This document shows positions 57,730 through 64,000 of a stretch of DNA of 64,000 nt, one piece after another (position 1 is the stretch's first letter; the number at the start of each line of letters is the position of its first letter). The notes under the pieces are model-generated. The model saw only the letters and a program-made list of their open reading frames with translations, had not been told where the DNA came from and made no database searches. The position numbers and the translations under genes were made by a program. The DNA lies in contig OZ245838.1 of the NCBI GenBank assembly GCA_965228735.1, forward strand, positions 4,608,001 through 4,672,000, in the 5' to 3' direction. This DNA is from Planctomycetota bacterium. Its GTDB lineage: Bacteria > Planctomycetota > UBA1135 > UBA2386.

Positions 57730-57773
57730 CTGGCACGTCCAACTGGCACGTCCAACTGGCACGTCCAACTGGC
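57730..57773. repeat. 13-bp tandem repeat (CTGGCACGTCCAA x3 plus CTGGC)
   Basis: Read directly from the sequence; lies in the divergent cinA-like/gyrA intergenic region. Confidence 0.95.
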
Positions 57774-57809
57774 GGATCCTGCACTCGACCGATCGCCCTG
57801 AGCTCGCAA

Positions 57810-60326
57810 ATGACCGACTCGACCCCGCCTCCGGCCGGCGGCCGCATCACCGATCTCCTGCTCGAACAGGAGATGCGCGAGAGCTATCTCAACTACTCGA
57901 TGAGCGTGATCCTCTCGCGCGCTCTGCCCGACGTGCGCGACGGTCTCAAGCCCTCGCAGCGGCGCGTGCTGGTCGCGATGAACGACCTCAACCTGGGGCC
58001 GCGCGGCAAGCACAGGAAGTGCGCGAAGATCTGCGGCAACACGTCGGGTGACTACCACCCGCACGGCGAATCGGTCGTGTATCCGACGCTCGTCGGCATG
58101 GCGCAGCCGTTCACGATGCGTTACCCGCTCGTCGACTCGCAGGGCAACTTCGGCGCGATCGACGGCAGCCCGCCTGCGGCCATGCGCTACACCGAGGCGC
58201 GCAAGGCGATGCCCGCCGAGCACATGCTCGACGACCTGCAGCAGGACACCGTCGACATGGTGCCCAACTACGACGGCAGCAAGATGCAGCCCGTCGTGCT
58301 GCCGGGGCGTTTCCCCAACCTCGTGTGCAACGGCTCGACCGGCATCGCGGTCGGCATGGCGGCGAGCCTCGCGCCGCACAACCTGCGCGAGGTCGCCAAA
58401 GCCGTCAACAAGCTGCTCGACAACCCCGACGTGACGCTCGACGAGTTGCTCGAGATCGTGCCGGGACCCGACTTCCCGACGGGCGGCATCGTCATGGGGC
58501 GCGGTGGCGTGCGGAACGCTTACGCGAGCGGCCGCGGCTCGGTCGTCGTGCGGGCCAAACACCACATCGAGGAGAAGCGCGGCCGCAAGCAGATCGTGTT
58601 CACCGAGGTGCCGTTCCAGGTCAAGACGACGACGATCCTCGAGCGCATCACGACGCTCGTGAAGAACGCGCAGATCGACACGATCGCGGACGCCAACGAC
58701 GAGTCCAACGACCGCGTCGGGCTGCGGCTCGTGGTCGAGCTCAAGCGCGGTGTCGACGACGAACAGGTGACGCTCAACCAGCTGTTCAAGATGTCGCCGC
58801 TGCAGACGACGTTCTCGATCATCAATCTCGCGATCGTCGAGAACCGGCCGCGCACGCTCGGCTTCAAGGCGATGCTCGAGTGCTATCGCGATCACCGGAT
58901 CGAGGTGATCACGCGGCGCACGCGCTTCCTGCTGAAGCGCGCCGAAGAACGGCTGCACATCATCGAGGGCCTGCGCCTCGCGGTGCAGAACATCGACGAG
59001 ATCGTCGAGATCATCAAGACGTCGGCCAACGTCGACGAGGCGCGGCAGCGGCTCGTCGCGCGCTTCGAGCTCTCCGAGATCCAGGCGCGCGCGATCCTCG
59101 ACATGCGGCTCGCGCGGCTGACCGGCCTCGAGATCGAGAAGCTCGAGGCGGAGCACAAGGAAGTCACCGACAAGATCGCCTACTACCAGACGATCCTCAA
59201 CGACCGCAGCGTGCTCATCGGCCTGATTCGTCAGGACCTCGACGACATGGTCGCGCAGCTCGGCGACGATCGTCGCACGCAGATCTCCGACGAGGAGGTC
59301 GGCAGCTTCATCGCCGAGGACCTGATCCCCGTCGAGATGATGGCGGTCACCGTGACCAACAGCGGCTACATCAAGCGCACGGCGCTCGATCAGTACCGCA
59401 CGCAGGGTCGCGGCGGCAAGGGCGTGAGCGGCGGTGAGACCAAGGAGGGCGACTTCCTGTGGAAGCTCTTCGTCGCGTCGACGCACGACTACCTGCTCTT
59501 CTTCACCGACCGCGGACGCGTCTACTGGCGGAAGGTCTATCAGCTGCCGAGCTTCGGTCGCACGGCCAAGGGGCGGTCGCTCGCCAACGTCGTCGAGACG
59601 CAGGAGGGTGAACGCATCACGGCGATCCTGCGCGTCGACGAGTTCGACGAGGAGCGCTTCCTCGTCACCGCGACCAAGAGCGGGCTCATCAAGAAGAGCA
59701 AGCTGTCGCTCTACAGCCGTCCGCGCGCCGGCGGCATCATCGCCGTCAAGCTCGACGAGGGTGACGGGCTCGTCGGCGTCAGCGTCGTCAAGCCGGACCA
59801 GCACATCGTGCTCGGTTCGCAGAACGGCATGGCGATCCGCTTCAGCGAGAGCGACGCCCGCGCGATGGGCCGCGGCGCGGTCGGCGTCTGGGGCATTCGC
59901 CTCGCAGACGGCGACCAGGTCTGCTCGATGGTCGTGACGGACGGCAGCGGTGAGTTCCTCACCATCTGCGAGAACGGCTACGGCAAGCGCACCAAGGTCG
60001 AGGAGTACCGCAGCCAGTCGCGCGGCGGCAAGGGCATCATCGACATCCGCACCAACGAGCGGAACGGCAAGGTCGTCAACGTCCTCTCCGTGACCGAGGA
60101 GGACGAGGTGATGATGATCACCAAGGACGGCCAGATCGTGCGCACCAAGGTCGCGGGCATCAGCGTCATCGGCCGCAACACCCAGGGCGTGCGCTGCATC
60201 TCGCTGAACGGCGACGACAAGCTCGTGTCCGTCGCGCGCATTCCGCGCGAGGACGAGGCCGAAGCGGAAGCCGAGGCCGGGTCGGGTCCGAAGGGCGATG
60301 GCGGCAGTGACGGAGGTGGGGCGTAA
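57810..60326 (+). CDS. gyrA: DNA gyrase subunit A
   Basis: [24 protein letters not shown] (catalytic Tyr), [15 protein letters not shown], GyrA-box QGRGGKG and C-terminal beta-pinwheel repeats. Confidence 0.97.
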   Translation: MTDSTPPPAGGRITDLLLEQEMRESYLNYSMSVILSRALPDVRDGLKPSQRRVLVAMNDLNLGPRGKHRKCAKICGNTSGDYHPHGESVVYPTLVGMAQPFTMRYPLVDSQGNFGAIDGSPPAAMRYTEARKAMPAEHMLDDLQQDTVDMVPNYDGSKMQPVVLPGRFPNLVCNGSTGIAVGMAASLAPHNLREVAKAVNKLLDNPDVTLDELLEIVPGPDFPTGGIVMGRGGVRNAYASGRGSVVVRAKHHIEEKRGRKQIVFTEVPFQVKTTTILERITTLVKNAQIDTIADANDESNDRVGLRLVVELKRGVDDEQVTLNQLFKMSPLQTTFSIINLAIVENRPRTLGFKAMLECYRDHRIEVITRRTRFLLKRAEERLHIIEGLRLAVQNIDEIVEIIKTSANVDEARQRLVARFELSEIQARAILDMRLARLTGLEIEKLEAEHKEVTDKIAYYQTILNDRSVLIGLIRQDLDDMVAQLGDDRRTQISDEEVGSFIAEDLIPVEMMAVTVTNSGYIKRTALDQYRTQGRGGKGVSGGETKEGDFLWKLFVASTHDYLLFFTDRGRVYWRKVYQLPSFGRTAKGRSLANVVETQEGERITAILRVDEFDEERFLVTATKSGLIKKSKLSLYSRPRAGGIIAVKLDEGDGLVGVSVVKPDQHIVLGSQNGMAIRFSESDARAMGRGAVGVWGIRLADGDQVCSMVVTDGSGEFLTICENGYGKRTKVEEYRSQSRGGKGIIDIRTNERNGKVVNVLSVTEEDEVMMITKDGQIVRTKVAGISVIGRNTQGVRCISLNGDDKLVSVARIPREDEAEAEAEAGSGPKGDGGSDGGGA

Positions 60327-60763
60327 TGGCCGAGTACCTCGACCGGCTGACCGCCGACATGAAGACCGCGATGAAGGCCGGTGAGAAGGACCGCCTCACG
60401 GTCCTTCGCATGATCATCAGCGACATCAAGAAGAAGGCCGAGGCCGAGGGCGAGCTCGCGGCCGACGGTGAGGTTGCGATCCTCACCAAGGCCGTCAAGA
60501 CGCGCGCGGACACCGTGTCGCAGGCGCGCGCGGCCGGCCGCGACGAGATCGCGGATCGCGAGCAGAAGGAGATCGAGATGATCCAGGGCTACCTGCCGCA
60601 GCAGATGAGCGCCGACGAGGTCGCTCAGAAGGTCAGGGACCTCGCCGCCGAGATCGGCTACGCGGGCCCGCAGGACACCGGCCGCTTCATGAAGGAGTGG
60701 ATGGGTCGCTACAAGGGCCAGGCCGACGGCAAGGCGGTGCAGGCGGCCATTCGGTCGTTGTGA
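60326..60763 (+). CDS. GatB/YqeY domain protein
   Basis: DMK.AMKA.EK.RL.VLR, K.R, AGR.E.A..E..EI..I..YLP.Q, ADGK. Confidence 0.92.
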   Translation: MAEYLDRLTADMKTAMKAGEKDRLTVLRMIISDIKKKAEAEGELAADGEVAILTKAVKTRADTVSQARAAGRDEIADREQKEIEMIQGYLPQQMSADEVAQKVRDLAAEIGYAGPQDTGRFMKEWMGRYKGQADGKAVQAAIRSL

Positions 60764-60955
60764 TCGGGGTTTCCGCGGATCGCGGTCGCGCGTGGCTTCG
60801 GATGAGACGGCCCGTCGCGCGATTCCGTGTTTCGCTTGGTTGGCTCGCTATGGTCGCGTTGGCGTGTCGGCGCTCGGCTTTCCGGTATGGCGTCGAGCGT
60901 GGCCTCCGTACAGTCGGGATTTGATCCTCGATCTTGCCTCGCCCCGCCCCAAGCC

Positions 60956-63900
60956 GTGACAGCTCGTCTTGATCTGACTCCGACGCAAGCCGGTCTCCTC
61001 TGGCAGGCACTTGCACACCCTGAGACGAACCTCGAGCAGATCGTCTGCGTGCTGCGCGAGGACGTGAACCCCGCCGTTCTGGCACGGTGCTGGCAGGAGC
61101 TCGTAGATCGCCACGCCGTTCTGCGCTCCAGGTTCCGCTGGGGCGCGGCCGACCCAGAGCAGGTGTTCGAAGCGACGGCGACTTTGCCCGTTACGAACCT
61201 CGTCCTGGAACCAGGCGACGAGCGCGCTCGCGAGCGTGAGTTCGCCGAGTTCCTGCGATCCGACCGGCAACGGGGGCTGCAGTTGGACGAGGCGCCAGTT
61301 TGCCGCGTCACTCTGGTGACCTGTGGCTCCGAGACGCGGTGCGTGTGGACGTTCTCGCACGTGCTGTTCGATGGCCGATCATTCGTGGATCTGCTGGCCG
61401 AGCTGTTCGATTCGTACGACGCGGGTGTGGAACAGCGCCCGTGGACCGCGCCGGAGTTGCCGGACTACGAGCGCTATCGGGAGTGGCTGAGTGGCCGCGA
61501 TGCCGGCCCGGGAGTCGAGTTCTGGCAGCGCGAACTCGAGGGATTCGGGCGCGCCAGCCCCGTGCTCGTACAGCGGAACGCCGCGGGCCTCGATGGCCAG
61601 CACGTGGGCCCGTTGGCGAAAGTGACCCGGGTGCTCTCGGCGGATCGAACGGCGCGCCTCACGCGGGCCGCGAGCGAGCTCGGGGTCACGCCGAACAACG
61701 TGGTGCAGGCGGCCTGGGCGCTCACGCTGGCGGCCTACGCCGGTCAAAGTGACGTGGCGTTCGGCGTCGTCCGGGCCGGTCGGCACGGCACGGTCGAGGG
61801 CGCGGAACGGATGGTCGGCGTATTCATGAACACGCTGCCACTGCGCGTTCGGCTGCAGGAACACGGCACCGTGCGCGATCTGCTGACGGATCTGCGGCAG
61901 CGCCAGATCGCCTGGCGCGAGCACGAGCACGTGCCGCTCGCGACCATTCAGTCCGCTGCGGCGTCCGAGCGCGGGGCGCCGCTGTTCCACAGCATCCTCG
62001 TCTTCGACAATCGGAACCTCGACAGCCACCTGCATCGCGTCGGGCAGCCGGCGACTCGCTCGTTCGAGCTGCACGAGAAGACGGGCTATCCGGTCACGCT
62101 GTACGCCTACTGCGATGACGAGCTCACTCTCGCGATCGCCTACGACCGCGATCAGATCGAAGGCGAGGCTGCCGAAGAGGCCTGCGCCGGACTCGTAGAG
62201 TTGGCGCTCGAGCTCGTCGAACAACCAGACCGCCGCCTCGACGAGGTGGAGGTCATCGCATCGGACGTTCGCCGCCGCCTGCTCGAGTCCTGGAACGCAA
62301 CCGAGGTCGCGTATGCCCAGGAAGCGACGATCCCGATGTCGTTCCGCGAACGGGTCGAGATCGCGCCGGATCGGCCCGCGGTGACTGCCGGTGGGCGCAC
62401 GCTCGACTACCGGCAGTTCGCCGAGTTGGTGACCCGGATCGCGGGTCGGTTCCGGCAAGCCGGCGTCGGGCCGGGGGACGTCGTAGGGGTCTGCACGGGG
62501 CGGACCGTGGAGATGCTGGCGGCGCTCTATGCCATCATGGAGCTCGGCGCCGCATACCTGCCGCTCGACCCGGAGTTCCCCGAGTCGCGGCTGCAGTTCA
62601 TGCTCGAGGACTCCGGGGCGCGGGTCGTCGTGACCGATGCTCTCGGGGCGGATCGTGCGGGCCGCCTGGGCGTCGATACGGTCGCGCTCACCGATGCCGA
62701 CGCCGATGGCGATGATGCCCCGAACGAAGAACGGCCGGCGACGCGTTCGAGCAGCGATGACGCCTACCTGATCTATACGTCGGGCTCGACCGGCAAGCCG
62801 AAGGGCGTGCGGGTGACGCACCGCAACGTGCAGAACTTCTTCGCCGGAATGGACGAGCGCCTCGGGAGCGACGAGCTCGGCACCTGGCTCGCCGTCACGA
62901 GCCTGTCGTTCGACATCTCGGTTCTCGAGCTGCTCTGGACCACGTGCCGCGGGTTCCACGTGGTGTTGTACGGCGGCCTCAAGCAGGACGCACCGGTCAG
63001 CACCGGCCACCCGGGCTTCAGCTTGTTCTATTTCGCGGCCGACGCCGGGGAGGATCCGGCTGCGAAGTACCGCGTCCTGCTCGAAGGTGCCGAGTTCGGG
63101 GACCAGAACGGATTCGAGGCCGTCTGGACGCCGGAGCGCCACTTCCACGCGTTCGGCGGCCTGTATCCCAACCCGTCGGTCGTGGGAGCCGCGATCGCAG
63201 CGCGTACCCGTCGGATCGGGATCCGCGCCGGCAGCGTGGTTCTGCCGCTGCATCATCCGCTGCGAGTCGCCGAGGAATGGTCGGTCGTCGACAACCTCTC
63301 GGACGGGCGTGTCGGCGTGTCCTTCGCGTCCGGCTGGCACCCCAACGACTTCGTCCTGGCGCCCCACCAGTACGAGGATCGCAAGGCCAAGCTGTTCGAG
63401 AACATCGAAGTCGTGCGGCGCCTCTGGCGGGGCGAAGCCGTCGAGTTCGAGAACCCCAAGGGGGAATCGGTCGCCACTTCGATCCTGCCGCGGCCGATCC
63501 AGCGCGAGCTGCCGATCTGGGTCACTGCCGCAGGGAATCCCGAGACGTTCCGGCAGGCCGGTGAGCGCGGCGCGTTCCTGCTCACGCACCTGCTCGGTCA
63601 GACGGTGGCCGAGGTCGCCGAGAAGGTCGCGCTGTATCGCGAAGCGTGGCGGGCGGCGGGACACGCTGGCTCCGGTCGCGTGACCCTGATGCTCCACACG
63701 ATGGTCGGCGAGAATCGTGAGAACGTCAAAGCCGTCGTGCGCGAGCCGATGCGCGGCTACCTCCGCTCGTCGATCGATCTGATCAAGCAGCACGCGAGTG
63801 CGTGGTCAGCGACGGCGCGGCCACTCGAGGAGTCGACCGGCAATCTCGATGAGCTGTCGCCGGCGGACCTGGATGCGCTGCTCGAGTTCTCGTTCGAGCG

Positions 63901-64000
63901 CTACTTCGAGACCAGCGCGTTGTTCGGGACGGTCGACGATTGCGTCGCGATGGTCGACAACGTCATGGCGGCGGGCATTGACGAGATCGGTTGCCTGATC
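60956..64000 (+). CDS. NRPS (3'-truncated by the window): condensation domain, then adenylation domain interrupted by a MupA/Atu3671-type luciferase-like monooxygenase
   Basis: Motifs fall in one frame running to the window end: LTPTQAGLL, RHAVLR, SHVLFDGRS, VGVFMNTLPLR; AYLPLDP, AYLIYTSGSTGKPKG, SFDIS; then FSLFYF..WTPERHFHAFGGLYPNPSV..RVAEEWSVVDNLS.GR; alternative start ATG 60887. Confidence 0.9.
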   Translation, partial: MTARLDLTPTQAGLLWQALAHPETNLEQIVCVLREDVNPAVLARCWQELVDRHAVLRSRFRWGAADPEQVFEATATLPVTNLVLEPGDERAREREFAEFLRSDRQRGLQLDEAPVCRVTLVTCGSETRCVWTFSHVLFDGRSFVDLLAELFDSYDAGVEQRPWTAPELPDYERYREWLSGRDAGPGVEFWQRELEGFGRASPVLVQRNAAGLDGQHVGPLAKVTRVLSADRTARLTRAASELGVTPNNVVQAAWALTLAAYAGQSDVAFGVVRAGRHGTVEGAERMVGVFMNTLPLRVRLQEHGTVRDLLTDLRQRQIAWREHEHVPLATIQSAAASERGAPLFHSILVFDNRNLDSHLHRVGQPATRSFELHEKTGYPVTLYAYCDDELTLAIAYDRDQIEGEAAEEACAGLVELALELVEQPDRRLDEVEVIASDVRRRLLESWNATEVAYAQEATIPMSFRERVEIAPDRPAVTAGGRTLDYRQFAELVTRIAGRFRQAGVGPGDVVGVCTGRTVEMLAALYAIMELGAAYLPLDPEFPESRLQFMLEDSGARVVVTDALGADRAGRLGVDTVALTDADADGDDAPNEERPATRSSSDDAYLIYTSGSTGKPKGVRVTHRNVQNFFAGMDERLGSDELGTWLAVTSLSFDISVLELLWTTCRGFHVVLYGGLKQDAPVSTGHPGFSLFYFAADAGEDPAAKYRVLLEGAEFGDQNGFEAVWTPERHFHAFGGLYPNPSVVGAAIAARTRRIGIRAGSVVLPLHHPLRVAEEWSVVDNLSDGRVGVSFASGWHPNDFVLAPHQYEDRKAKLFENIEVVRRLWRGEAVEFENPKGESVATSILPRPIQRELPIWVTAAGNPETFRQAGERGAFLLTHLLGQTVAEVAEKVALYREAWRAAGHAGSGRVTLMLHTMVGENRENVKAVVREPMRGYLRSSIDLIKQHASAWSATARPLEESTGNLDELSPADLDALLEFSFERYFETSALFGTVDDCVAMVDNVMAAGIDEIGCLI

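Noticed and set aside
57730..57773. CRISPR array or sigma-54 promoter
   Set aside because: 13-bp units with no spacers and no cas genes; TGGCAC is not followed by TTGC at the -12 spacing
57618..63793. Long minus-strand ORFs 57618-59804 and 61379-63793
   Set aside because: Antisense shadows of gyrA and the NRPS
1..64000. Mobile elements, prophage or defence systems
   Set aside because: No transposase, integrase, phage structural, cas or restriction-modification motifs recognised in any frame

Overview
High-GC bacterial window. The GyrA sequence ([25 protein letters not shown]) resembles Planctomycetota GyrA as I recall it; this was not checked by search. Layout: (1) 0.2-5.2 kb, a carrier protein / acyl-CoA dehydrogenase / DUF1839-like / GH2 operon; (2) 5.3-39 kb, a large Wzx/Wzy-type surface polysaccharide locus with many tailoring enzymes (GT2/GT4/WecB, Wzc-like, Wza-like, AsnB amidotransferase, ATP-grasp, GNATs, sulfotransferase, deacetylases, LarA-family protein, FkbH-ACP-TE fusion); (3) 39-44.9 kb, a complete lasso peptide cluster (HPr-like kinase, 56-aa precursor with a predicted Trp1 core ending in Ser-Ser, cyclase, RRE, B2 peptidase, ABC exporter) whose minus-strand arm runs straight into the polysaccharide export genes; (4) 44.9-60.8 kb, mostly housekeeping genes (pyrE, cyaY, moxR, cysK-like, fabI, mutY, cinA-like, gyrA, YqeY); (5) 61-64 kb, the start of an NRPS whose A domain is interrupted by a luciferase-like monooxygenase. 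Signals not delineated by the ORF track: the lasso precursor (40067-40237), a probable UxxC selenoprotein split by an in-frame TGA with a SECIS-like hairpin (34355-35239), a structured intergenic RNA candidate (51241-51402) and the NRPS. No CRISPR array, tRNA, rRNA or transposase was recognised. All family calls come from motif recognition by eye, not database searches.
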